From positions 42,470,001 through 42,534,000 of the forward strand of contig NC_042997.1 of NCBI RefSeq assembly GCF_006345805.1: 64,000 nucleotides of DNA, read 5' to 3'. The stretch is from Octopus sinensis (lineage: Eukaryota). Positions 52,681 to 64,000 of the stretch are shown here, piece after piece. The notes under the pieces are model-generated. The model made no database searches and was not told the DNA's origin. It was given only the letters and a program-made list of their open reading frames with translations. Within the stretch, counting starts at the first letter, position 1; every line of letters begins with the position of its first letter. The translations under genes and the position numbers were made by a program.

Positions 52681-53250
52681 TTTGTATATATGGGCCAGTC
52701 CAAATCAATATGCTATCTGCTACTTTGTGATTAAAAAAACGATCATTATCAAGTTTGGTATTGTATATCTTTGTTTTACCAAGAAGCAATCTCAAGTGTT
52801 GAAATCAGGCATCTAGATGCTGGTCTGTGGTTTCTCCCATAATGCGGATCATTGAGAAACCTCTCTTATTGGTAAGTTCACTCAGAGCTGTCCACACAGC
52901 TACATGTTTGTTTTCATTGAGGAGATTCCGACCCAAAAATTGTTTCTTGTAAATACCAGATACAAGAACAGCATACCCACTAAATTAGCATAGATGCTAA
53001 TTTATACAAGTTCTATTGCAGTACACAACAAATTCTTCACTCTTTCAGACATGCTTCTGGACAAGAATAGCAATGCTGTATATGACACACTAACCACTGC
53101 TAACAGAGATAGATCACTGGGAGTATTCTCAAAGAAGTGACAATGGTAGAGGGGAGCTGAAGAAAATGGAAATGAATTACACTGCTTGTATGACAGTGAT
53201 GCTCATTTACAACTATGATGACAAGACAGGGAAACACTAGCTTAGACACA

Positions 53251-53311
53251 CACACACATATCTTTCTCTCTCTCTCTCTTCTCTCTCTCTCTCTATATAT
53301 ATATATATGTG

Positions 53312-53361
<50 letters not shown>
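53251..53361. repeat. Compound (CA)n(CT)n(TA)n microsatellite
   Basis: Read directly; abuts the truncated 5' end of the RTE at 53362. Confidence 0.9.
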
Positions 53362-55063
53362 AGGTGAGGGTTGGCGACGAGTACAGTGAAGAATTCTGAG
53401 TAGAGATAGGGGTCCACCAAGGTTCAGTCTTCAGCCCCCTCCTATTTATAATAGTTCTCCAGGCAATAACGGAGGAATTCAAGACAGGATACCCCTGGGA
53501 GCTCCTCTATGCTGATGACCATGCTCTAATTGCTGAGTCACTATCAGAACTAGAGGAGAAGTTTCAGGTGTGGAAGCAAGGATTTGAATCGAAATGCCTT
53601 AGAGTTAACCTAGCTAAAACCAAAGTCCTAATAAGTAGGAAGGTAGACAAACCACAAACCCCTTCAGGTAGATGGCCCTGCTCGATCTGTAGAAAAGGCA
53701 TAGGCAGAAACTCTATAAGATGTACCCAGTGTAAGCTATGGACACATAAGAGGTGCAGCAATATCAAAGGAAGGCTAACTGGGAAGATAGTTTTTGTATG
53801 TGGCAGATGCTCAGGAGCAATAAACACTGAAAATGTGCAGAGAACAACTTCCATCACTTTCCAGGGAGAAAAATAGAAGACAAAGTCAATAGTGGGAGCA
53901 GGTGTGCTGAAAGTGTAACTGCTAGAATAAGAATAGCCAGGGCAAAATTCAGAAAGCACTTACCTCTGCTGGTGACAAAGGGCCTCTCGCTCAGAGTAAA
54001 AGGCAGACTGTATAACGCATGTGTACGAACAGCCATGCTATATGGCAGTGAAATATGGGCTGTGACTGCTGAGGACATGCGTAAGCTCACAAGGAATGAA
54101 GCCAGTATGCTCCAATGGATGTGTAATGTCAGTGTACATACTCGATAGAGTGTAAGTACCCTGAGAGAAAAGTTGGACCTAAGAAGCTTCAGTTGTGGTG
54201 TGCAAGAGAGAAGATAGCTGTGTGAAAAAGTGCCACACCTTAGCTGTTGAGGGAATCTGTGAAAGAAGTAGACCCAGGAAAACCTGATCTTCAAACATTA
54301 GGCCTCACCGAGGCAATGACTAGTGACTGAGACCTTTGGAAATATGATGTGCGTAAGAAGACCCGGCAGAACAAGTGAGATCATAACCCATGACCTTTAC
54401 CAGGATGTAGCCAGCCCACTCATGCATACCTTTCCTTCTTTGGACACAAAACTCTGCTTACGAAGACTGTTGAGGCAAGTGAAATCAAAACTGAATTCGA
54501 AATCAAACCAAATTCGTCGACTGCCACCCATGCCAACCTCCCTTCACTGGACACTAAACTCTGCTTGCGAAGACCTGTTGGGGCAAGTGAAATCAAAATT
54601 GAACCAAATTCGATGACTAGCACCCATACCAGTGGAGTGCTAACAGCTCCATCTGAGTGGGATCACTGCCAGAGCAGCCGTCTGGCACGTAAAGAGCACC
54701 AGTTGAGCGTGATCATTGTCAGTGTCACCTCACTGGTACTTGTGCCGGTGGCATGTGAACAAAACATTCGAGCGAGGTCATTGCCAGTGCTGCTGGACTG
54801 ACTCCTGTGCAGGTGGCACGTAAAAAACACCATTTTCGAGCGTGGCCGTTGCCAGTACCGCCAGACTGGCCCTCGTGCCGGTGGCACATTATAAGTACCC
54901 ACTACACTCTTTGAGTGGTTGGTGTTAGGAAAGGCATCCAGCTGTAGAAACTCTGCCAGATCTGATTGAAGCCTGCGCAGCCATCTGGTTCGCCAGTCCT
55001 CAGTCAAATCGTCCAACCCATGCTAGCATGGAGAACGGACGTTAAACGATGATGATGATGATA
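53362..55063 (+). mobile_element. 5'-truncated decayed RTE LINE, same family as 3030-6620
   Basis: Starts KVRVGDEYSEEF..GVHQGSVFSPLLF..ELLYADD, then PHD-like finger, hairpin-array 3' UTR and (GAT)n tail. Confidence 0.92.
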
Positions 55064-55090
55064 TGTATAATTACATATTCTTTTTCTTTT

Positions 55091-55450
55091 ATTCTTTTAT
55101 TTGTTTCAGTCATTTGACTGTGCCATGCTGGAGCATCACCTTAAAGGGTTTTAGTTGAAGAAATTGGCCTCGGGATATTGCTTGTAAGCCTAGTACTTAT
55201 AATATTGGTATCTTTTGCTGAACTGCTAAGTTATGGAGACATAAACACACCAGCATCGGTTGTCAAGCAATGACAGGAGGACAAACGCACATAAATACAT
55301 CCATATATATACACGACAGGCTTCTTTCAGTTTCTGTCTACCAAATCCACACACAAGGCTTTGGTTGGCCCAAGGTTATAGTTGATGACACTGGGACTGA
55401 ACCTGGAACCATGTGACTGAGAAACAAGCTTCTGACCACACAGCCATGCC
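55091..55450 (-). mobile_element. tRNA-derived SINE
   Basis: Reverse complement begins GGCTGTGTGGTCAGAAGC..CCAGGTTCAGTCCC (A/B boxes); further pieces at ~8540-8690, 56812-57092 and 57800-57980. Confidence 0.75.
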
Positions 55451-55469
55451 TACATATATATATATATAT

Positions 55470-55672
55470 CTGGCACCTGTGTCGGTGGCACATAAAATCA
55501 CCCACTACACTCTCAGAGTGGTTGGCGTTAGGAAGGGCATCCAGCTGTAGAAACACTGCCAGATCTGACTGGCCTGGTGCAGCCTTCGGGCTTGCCAGAC
55601 CCCAGTTGAACCGTCCAACCCATGCTAGCATGGAAAGCAGACGTTAAACGATGATGATGATGATGATGATGA
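55470..55672 (+). mobile_element. RTE 3'-tail fragment (one hairpin unit)
   Basis: Near-identical to 16274-16503 and 57540-57710. Confidence 0.8.
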
Positions 55673-55699
55673 TATATATATATATATATTTTTTTTTTT

Positions 55700-55938
55700 A
55701 AATATAACTATATTAAAGAATGGAGTTGAACAACAAATTAACAAAATTCCTTTATTTTCGACATATGTTTCGAAGGCTGCATATTCCTAATTGCGAAGGA
55801 ATAAGGAGTATATTATGCCGCTTTCTATACTTCTTATTCCTTCGCAATTAGGAATATGCAGCCTTCGAAATATATGTCGAAAATAAAGGAATTTTGTTAA
55901 TTCGTCGTTCAACTCCATTCTTTAATATAGTTATATTT
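55700..55938. repeat. Long inverted repeat (113-bp arms, 13-nt loop)
   Basis: Arms 55700-55812 and 55826-55938 are reverse complements with 4 mismatches by hand alignment. Confidence 0.92.
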
Positions 55939-56064
55939 TTTAAAAAAACAAACAAATTTCCACACGAAAGCACGTAACTTCAAACGTGTCTTCTCTGATG
56001 TGAATTTGCTACCCAGGTATCAGTTAACCGAATTATCCATAACAAGATAATTCATTCAACTACT

Positions 56065-56110
<46 letters not shown>

Positions 56111-56139
56111 GTTATATCATATAATATTATATTAGAGGA

Positions 56140-56800
56140 AAAATAAAAAATCAAGGCAGAACGAGTATCTCAAGTCATTTGGAATAATTTATTTAGGGTA
56201 CAGCCATTTCTGGGATAACCCAAGTGGTAGGTTAGCATACCCACACACAGAGCATTCCATCATCAGACAAGGTATGAATCTTTTAGACTGGGAAAATTTA
56301 CACTTTACACGGAATAAAATTCACACTTTATAAAGAATAAAACTGAAGAATAAGGAGTAAAGGTATTTAGAAGAATATAGGTAGGAGAACAATGTTCACA
56401 ACTCATCTTTTTCCAGAGGATATAGATATTGGTCAATACTTCCATGAAAGTACAGGTGCTTCGTTAAAATCCCAGGTAAATCCAGGTGGTATTTTGGCAG
56501 TAATTTGAATGATTTATTCATTTTGTAAATGTGCATATAGAGCAAGAAAGTAAGATAGACATAAATGGGAAAGAGAGAGGAGAAATGGAATAAAAATAAG
56601 ATAGGGGTAAAAGGAGAAAAAAATAGGAAAAATATAAAAAATAAAATAAAAATAAAGGAAATGATAAAGATATCATAAATGGGATTTGTGAGTGGGTGTA
56701 TCTCGGAGAGAGAGGAGAAATGGAATAAAAATAAGAAAAGGGTAAATGAGTAAAAACAAGAATAAAAATAAAAATTACATAAAGTAAAGGTAATGATAGA
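56140..56800 (-). mobile_element. Probable Penelope-like element 3' remnant with hammerhead-like motif
   Basis: Minus strand CTGATGA-TGGAAT...ATCCCA-GAAA-TGGCTG-TA at 56199-56266; adjacent ~130-bp purine-rich tandem duplication at 56570-56800. Confidence 0.45.
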
Positions 56801-57249
56801 GATGTGTCAGTAACAGGCTGCTTTCAGTTTTAATTTACTAAATCCACTCACAAGGCATTGTTTTGGCCTGGGGCTATAGTAGAAGACACTTGTTCACGGT
56901 GCCAGTCAGTGGGATTGAACCTGAAACCATTTGTTTGGGAAGAAGGCATCAAAAATTTATTTCACAACTACATGCCTTCAACTTCAGTCCTACAGCACGG
57001 CACCTTGAAATGTCTTCTGCTATTGCAACAAGCCTACCAAAACCTTCTGAGAAGATTTGGTAAAGAGAAACTGAAAGAAGCCCATCATATATATGAATGT
57101 ATGTGATTGTTCAGTTTTATTTCAAGATTTCTTGCCAATAGAGAAAGAGCCAGTTTCAAACCTAGATCCAAGGTTCCTTCACTGGAATTTTGACATCAAC
57201 AACAGGGTATTCTTATATATATGTATGTATGTGTGTATCAAAATCAAAT

Positions 57250-57710
57250 CAAAATCGATGAACATCAATGGAATTTGTATTTTTGTGGTACCAGTGCCGG
57301 TGGCACATAAGAAAACCATCCAAACGTGGCTGTAGCCAGTACCGCATCGACTGGCCTCCATGCTGTGGGCACGTAACAAACACCATCCAATCTTGGTCGT
57401 GCCAGCCTCGCCTGGCCTCCGTGCCGGTGGCACGTAAAAAACACCATCCAAGCGTGGCCGTCTGCCAGCCTTGTCTGGCACCTGTGTCGGTGGCACAAAA
57501 AAACACCATCCGAGCGTGGCCGTTCGCCTGTGTCGGTGGCACATAAAAAGCACCCACTACACTCACGGAGTGGTTGGCATTAGGAAGGGCACCCAGCTGT
57601 AGAAACTCTGCCAGATCAGACAGGGCCTGGTGCAGCCTTCGGGCTTCCCAGACCCCAGTTGAACCGTCCAACCCATGCTAGCATGGAAAGCGGACGTTAA
57701 ACGATGATGT
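57250..57710 (+). mobile_element. RTE 3'-tail fragment with ~5 tandem hairpin units
   Basis: Repeated GTGYCGGTGGCACRTAAAAAACACCATCC units followed by the shared RTE tail. Confidence 0.82.
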
Positions 57711-58175
57711 ATGTATGTATGTATGTATGTGTATGTGTGAGAGAGAGAGAGAAAGAGAGTGTGTGTATGTATGCATGTACGTATATATATATATTCTTTC
57801 ACTTATTTCAGTCATTTGATTGCGGCCATGCTGGAGTACTGCCTTAAAGGGTGTCAGTCAAAGAAATCGACTGCCGGGCCTATTCTTTGTAAGCCTAGTA
57901 CTTATTGTGTTGGTCACTTTTGCTGAACTGCTAAGTTACAGGGACATAAACACGTCAGCATCAGTTGTCAAGTGATTGTGTGAAGCTATTTTGCTAATGA
58001 AGCTTATGTTTTTAAGAAATACGTACATATTCTCTGACTCACTCATTTAGTAAAGACTTGGGGGGGGGAGTATGGTTGAGTAGCTGTAGGCATGGCTGTA
58101 TGGTCAAGTAGCTTGCTTTCTTATGTGATTTCAGGTTCAATCCTACATACATACACACATATATATATTTTCCCA

Positions 58176-58400
58176 GCTGGCAGAATAGTTAGCACGCCGG
58201 GCGAAATGCGTTGCTGTATTTCGTCTGCCGTTACGTTCCGAGTTCAAATTCCGCCAAGGTCAACTTTGCCTTTCATCCTTCCGGGGTCGATAAATTAAGT
58301 ACCAGTTACGCACTGGGGTCGATGTAATCGACTTAATCCGTTTGTCTGTCCTTGTTTGTCTCCTCTGTGTTTAGCCCCTTGTGGGTAGTAAAGAAATAGA
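58176..58400 (+). mobile_element. tRNA-derived SINE
   Basis: AGCTGGCAGAATAGTTAGCACG head, GAGTTCAAATTCC B box, core GTCAACTTTGCCTTTCATCCTTCCGGGGTCGATAAATTAAGTACCAG; eroded copies at ~200-350, 810-955 and 41835-41975. Confidence 0.82.
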
Positions 58401-59040
58401 TATATTTTCCATATTCCATTCCCTAACACACATCACTCTGTCTATGGTACTACTTGGCTGCTGTAATCACTTGAGAGGAGAATCAGCACAGATTACATCC
58501 CTCCTTTTCTTTGTCTATCCAGTTACCTTCTCCCCTCTGGGGACCCATCCCATCTCCCATTCACATTACCATCCCTTCCCACACTATTTTCATTGATCCC
58601 CTTTCGATGCCTTCAGCCATCGCACTCTCTCCTGCCATACTCCATCTTAACACCTCTCATATCTACTATCATACCCTACCTAATATATAATCCCCACCCT
58701 CAAGTACTTCTGCATCCATCTTCCTCCAAACTGCTTTCCAATTTATTGTCCTTTCTGAGATCTCTCTCTCTCCCTCTCTCTCTCACCTTACTCTCTCTCT
58801 CTCTCTCCTTACTCTCTTTCCATACTGGTGTTTCCCATCAACCATACCTCCACTTTCATTCATCACTCTCTACATTTACTCCTACTCCCATCTCTAACCA
58901 TCTATTACTCGCACTTCACACTTTTATAAAACTACTCACCTCCCTCCTTCCCTTATACTCATCATTTTTATCTTGTAATGTTCTGGTATTACATCACCAC
59001 CATTTCTACCGTCCTTCCAGCTACTCCTATCCACCCTGAC
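58400..59040. repeat. Pyrimidine-rich low-complexity tract with (CT)n core
   Basis: Plus strand strongly C/T-biased for ~600 bp; (CT)n at ~58760-58820. Confidence 0.7.
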
Positions 59041-59989
59041 ATAACGCAGGGTAGCCATGTATCTCCTCTATAGCAAGACACCTTGCTTGTCCTGTCATAC
59101 TTTAACCTGGCATGGACAGAAACAGCACAGCTCCCATGACTTTCAGAAACATTTTTTCACCCTCAGAGTTACTGAAGCAGGGAACAAACTACCTGCATCA
59201 GTTGTTAGTTGCTGAGACAGTGCATCCTTTAAAACATCCATGCTTCCTGAAATTCACCAACACTACACCTGATATCCACCCCCGCCCCTCCCCCACCATA
59301 CACATGCACACATGTATATCATGACTCATACACAGTTCACTTTCCTGACTTTTGTATGTAATTCTGTGTACTGTACATGCATCTTTGATGAGCACTATAC
59401 AAAATAATTTCATTATTATTATTATTATAATAAAACCACTGGCCCTTTCAAATGTCCCCTTGCCACGGAGTCAAGGGTGTATTTCCATTTTCCTTTGTCT
59501 CGTTATTTTCTCTCTCTTGCAAGTAACTTGGCAACCTCACTAGTGCTGGCAACACAAAAGAAGCACCCAGTACACACCATAAAGTAGATGGCAATAGGAG
59601 GGGCATCCAGTCATAGAAACTATTCCATAGCAGACATTGGAGGTGAATGCAGCCCTGAGGCTCGTCAGATACTGTCAAACCTTCCAAACCATGCCAGCAT
59701 GGAAGTCAGATGGTAAATAATGATGTAGATGATGATGGTGGTGTGTGTGTGGCAGAGGGGTCATTGTTTGTACCTCTTTGTCTTGCCATTGTACAATAGC
59801 TGCAAATGAGTAGGACTGCCATACAAGCTTGGTAGTAGTAATAAGGACAATATTGAATTCTTTGCATAAGGAAAGAAAATTCATAAATGTAAGAGAGATT
59901 CAGTGGGAAGTTGTTTGCCTTTCATTGGTGCTTTGCTTTGCTTGAGACACATCAAGCTAAGTTAAATTGTAGTCATGGTCAGTGCTGGT

Positions 59990-60290
59990 GACACATGAAA
60001 GGCACCTGTGCTGGTGACACATGGGAAGCATCTGTGCTGGTGACATGTAAAAGGCACTTGTGTCAGGCATGTAAAAGACACCTGTGCCAGTGACATGTAA
60101 AAGGTACCCACTATATTCTGTGGAGTGGTTGGCATTAGGAAGAGCATCCAACCATAGAAACCAAGTCAAAACAGACTAGAGCCTGGTGCAGCTTTCTGGT
60201 TTGCCAGCTCCAGTCAAACCGTCTTACCCATGCCAGCATAGAAAACAGACACTAAATGATGATGATGATTATGATGATGATGATTACAAG
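59990..60290 (+). mobile_element. Older RTE-tail fragment with ~25-bp tandem units
   Basis: GTGCTGGTGACACATG.. x5, then the shared tail and (GAT)n. Confidence 0.7.
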
Positions 60291-60887
60291 AATGTACTTT
60301 TCCCCTACTGAACAAATGGCATTGTGCTTCTTCAAGAGAAATCAATTTTTCAAAGCAGTACCCTAGTGTGGCCAAAGTTCAATGACTGAAACAAATAAAA
60401 GAAAGTTCAAGAACTATAGTTGTTGTTGTTTCTTAACCCCAGGTCAACCAAAACAAGCAAACTTATGATCAAAGGCATTCCAGCTGTGACTCCCACCACT
60501 ATCTTTTTAAGGGTAAGTAAAACTATATGATCTAGTGCTCCATTTCTGTATTTAAAATGAAAGAGTATGATTGAGAGAGATTTAGTTGGTGTTTATCAGA
60601 CAATCACTTAGAGGTTTCTTTGTTCAGTATTTGTGTAGTAATTCTGATTAGTCAAAGCAACTGAGAATAATAATTGTCTGAGATGTTTCAGGGTTCTTTT
60701 TAAATTCAATGTATTTTATTATTCAGAAACTAATTGTTGGCCTTTTACAGTCTAAAGTTCAATCTGAATGATGACAGGACTTTGTGTTATAGTTCAAAAC
60801 ATGTATGAAATAAGTTTTTATAATCATCATCATCATCATTTAACATCCACTTTCCATTTGTTGAGGCAGATATTCTACAGCCAAATG

Positions 60888-61028
60888 CCCTTCTAGTCAC
60901 AAACACATCTGTTTGAGAGTGAATTTTTCCCATGGCCAAACATGGTTTTCATGGAAGACCAGAAACACATGTTTGGCCATGGGGAAAATTCACTCACTAA
61001 GAAACAGATGTGTTTGTGACTAGAAGGG
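60888..61028. repeat. Fold-back inverted repeat (~57-61-bp arms, ~23-nt loop) inside a SINE
   Basis: CCCTTCTAGTCACAAACACATCTGTTT..CCCATGGCCAAACATG mirrored by CATGTTTGGCCATGGG..AAACAGATGTGTTTGTGACTAGAAGGG. Confidence 0.88.
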
Positions 61029-61069
61029 AAGACAGGAAACAAACAATCTATGATGGTGATACTCATTTT

Positions 61070-61311
61070 CAACCATTGCGACGATTTCATCTCAATCGAA
61101 GGAGAGGAGCTTTCTCCGTCCGGGTTGCGGATCCGTGGAACAAGCTGCCAGACGAGATGGTGAAGATGCCAACGACCGCTTTGTTCAAAGCCTCCCTTGA
61201 CCTCAAGTGGCCTGAACTCTTTACATGAACACCACCCTGTACTTAACTCCATGTCCCCCTACATGGCCTTGCTATTTGCTTTTGAGCCAAATTAACTAAC
61301 TAACTAACTAA
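61070..61311 (+). mobile_element. 5'-truncated CR1-like LINE 3' end
   Basis: ..FHLNRRRGAFSVRVADPWNKLPDEMV..FKASLD..-stop, short UTR, (TAAC)n tail. Confidence 0.8.
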
Positions 61312-61360
61312 GACAACACACAAGCACACAGACACACACACACACATTTTTTCTGGGAAA

Positions 61361-63050
61361 GACTGGTTTATGGGATTACCCTGGTTTTATCGTCCATAAA
61401 GGGTTTAACTTTAGGGCATATTGTTGCACGCCAAAACCTGTTGACTAAGACCTCTTCAAAATATGGAAGGGGAAGGGCCTCATTATGAATGTAAACAAGG
61501 GGATTATCTCCCTTCGCCATTGACTATCGACTTCTGGCTGTGGTGCCATCCAACGGATTCCAAAATGCTAGCAGGAATTTCCTAAAATGCAAACATGGCC
61601 TGAAAAATCTCCACTCTGAAGTTAAGGATGCTCCCCGACTTATGTGAGTCTTTCAGGATTTTTGCGTGTTCAGCTATGCATAACTTCATCTCATTGATGT
61701 AGGGGCCTGGGTTTTCGAGGATTTTCCATGAGATCAAGTGTGGGATTCTGTCGTCTCTTAGTTGCCAGACATGACTGACCTGTAATGTGACGTATTTCCT
61801 TTCCGAGACCCTGAAGGAAGATTTATGGTTGGAAATGTATTGCTTGAGAGAATTCCCAGTACATTCAATGTATTTCCATGGGCACATGATGTTGGTGCTA
61901 CATCTGTTACTGTTGCTGATCCTACTGCCAAAAATATCTCCATACCATCCAAGAAACTATTCACCCGCATGCTGCTGGAGAAGATAATGGACATGATTAG
62001 GCGTATGAGGTAGAAGGCTTTCCACTACAACCTAGCCACACCATCTCCGGAGGGTAATGACTATGGCATTAGATCAAAAAACACCTGCCCAGAATCAAGG
62101 ACCTTGAACCCTCTGAAGTGGACTTGCTGGGAAACATCCCAAAACTGAAGTTCCATAAGTCCTCTTCCCCCTTCCAAGCTCTGGGCTGATATTAGATTAT
62201 TAAAAAACTCAGGTGGGTCCCTAATCTTCTCTGATAAGATGAAGAATTTATAAAGGTTTGACACCTTAGAATATGATAGACTACTAGAAAATAACATCAC
62301 ACAAAACTATAAGCATCCCCCGCACACATATAGCAACATCAACAGTGAAGCACAAAAATTAGCTAATACACTAGAGATAACAGATAGGATAAAGATCCTA
62401 GCTAAAGGAAATGCTTTCATCACCATAAAAGATCATAAACTGAACTTTGTCTCTAACCCTAAATGCACCTGATCAATCAGGCTAGCGTTTTGGTAACAGG
62501 TGCAGCACCAACATCATGCGCACATAGAAATACATTGGATGTGCTGGGAATTCTCTCAAACAATGCATTTCCAACCATAAATCCCCCTTTAGGGTCCTGG
62601 AAAGAAGATATGTAACATCCCTGGCCAGTCACGTCTGGTAACTAAAAGACGACAGAATCCCACACTCGACCTCAGGGAAAATCCTCGAAAACCCAGGCCC
62701 CCACCTCAACGGGATGAAGCACAGCAAGTTATGCATAGCTGAACACACGAGAATCCTAAAAGACTCGCTCAAGTCAGGGAACATCCTTAATTTCAGAACA
62801 GAGATTTTTGGGCCATGTATGCATTTTAGGAAATTCCTGCTAGTATTTTGGAATCCGCAAGAATCCAGAAGTCAATAGCCGAAGGCAACGTGAGATAATC
62901 CCTTATTATTTACCTTCATAGCTTTTTGGAGACTGCAAGATGTTACATTCATAATGAAGCCTTTCCCCCTCCATATTTTGAAGAGGTCTTAGGCTAACAG
63001 GTTTTGGGGTCTGATGATACACCATAAAGTTAAACCTTTTATGGACAGGT
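61361..63050. mobile_element. Penelope-like retroelement: inverted GIY-YIG/3'-end copy (minus, 61361-~61915), RT-proximal fragment (plus, ~61930-62480), second GIY-YIG/3'-end copy (plus, ~62490-63050)
   Basis: Minus ORF WKYIECTGNSLKQYISNHKSSFR..SHVWQLRD..ISWKILE..KLCIAEH (GIY-YIG-like). Plus strand FITIKDHKLNFVSNPKC (Penelope/Neptune RT-proximal motif). Outer segments are reverse-complement homologues. Confidence 0.85.
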
Positions 63051-63679
63051 CTATCTAAAAAGGTTGAAATGAGTTCGCAAGAATGGAGAGAAGAGCAGAT
63101 GTCAACTCAGGATTTGCGGTTGCTTTTGGACAATTCCTTAGGCACCCATTTTCCAAGTTTAGGAACCTTTCCAAGTTGTTGAAGATGACGATGAACAGTT
63201 GTATGGTTTGATCTAAGCTTTATTGCCAATTCTTCAACTGATAATGCAGTATTTTCTTCAAGTAATGCCTCAAGGAGCTTATCATCAAATTCAACTGGGC
63301 ATTCTGTTCAATCTTCATCTTCAAGGCTGAAATCTCCAAATCTGAATTTTGCAAACCATCTTCTGCAAGTTCTTTCAGTCAAGCATTCTTTCCCATAAAC
63401 TGAGTGTATGTTTCAAGTTGCTTTGGCTTCAGAGTTTCCTTTTTTGTACTCATAAAGCATTATGTGCCTCAAATGCTCTTTGGATACTTCCACGCTAGAA
63501 AGGGTTTTAATTAAAGAAATTTTAATTCTATTATTCTGTAAGTTAGCATTTAATTAGTGTAAATGTACACAAATGCATAAAAATAATTTTTAATTCCATC
63601 AGACATTCTAAAATACTATTAAATTTCATTCAGTTTTAAAAAAGGTAAAATCGGACAGAACTTATGGGATGACCTGATA
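63051..63679 (-). mobile_element. 5' half of a decayed mariner transposon
   Basis: TA + TIR TCAGGTCATCCCATAAGTTCTGTCCGATTT at 63648-63679. Translation ..HLRHIMLYEY..ERTCRRWFAKFRFGDFSLEDE..LGKWVPKEL..FLDR with stops/frameshift. Truncated at the Penelope junction before the D,D(34)D catalytic domain. Confidence 0.9.
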
Positions 63680-64000
63680 AATGCACATACATACATACAC
63701 ATACATACATACATACAGTAGAACATCGCAGAATGAGTGCACCATTGTACATGTAATTTGAAGTATGAGCCAAGGCTCATGTGAATTTCTGTCTTGAAAT
63801 ATGAGCAGAAATCCGCAGTACGAGTGAGTTTCATGCCAGTGGCTCCCAGTAGGTGCTGAGCTCACACATGCTCTCCCAACAAGTGCAGTTTCCACTTCCT
63901 CAGTTCATGTGTTTATCTCGTTGTGGCAGCATCCCTGTTGTTTTTTCCTAGTGTTTTTGTTCGGTTTTGTGCATTGTCTACTATTATTTTATAATAATTA

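Noticed and set aside
54600-57560. CRISPR-like appearance of regularly spaced palindromic units
   Set aside because: The spacers are homologous to each other, the units are part of an RTE 3' UTR, the context is eukaryotic and there are no cas genes.
58593-59039. 148-aa Leu/Ser/Pro/His-rich ORF
   Set aside because: Translation of a pyrimidine-rich low-complexity tract.

Overview
AT-rich eukaryotic (animal) genomic DNA, not prokaryotic. The repeat families and their GAT/TA-microsatellite tails suggest an octopus or other coleoid cephalopod (inference from recognition, no search run). Bases 1-~50 kb hold one minus-strand gene of the PRRC2/BAT2 family. I hand-assembled 21 coding exons (ATG at 45671, last exon in the window 1001-1591). 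All have GT-AG junctions with matching phases and give >=2,492 codons; the gene continues past base 1. The standout feature is coding exon 9 (31267-34213, 2,947 bp), which encodes ~980 aa of Arg/Asp/Glu mixed-charge tandem repeats between two conserved PRRC2 motifs. The introns and the upstream 51-64 kb contain decayed RTE LINEs, tRNA-derived SINEs, TTAA-flanked piggyBac-type MITEs, a hAT MITE, CR1-like fragments, a half mariner, and Penelope-like elements with degenerate hammerhead-ribozyme motifs. There are also two long fold-back palindromes. Repeat boundaries are approximate; alternative exons and regulatory calls are hypotheses.
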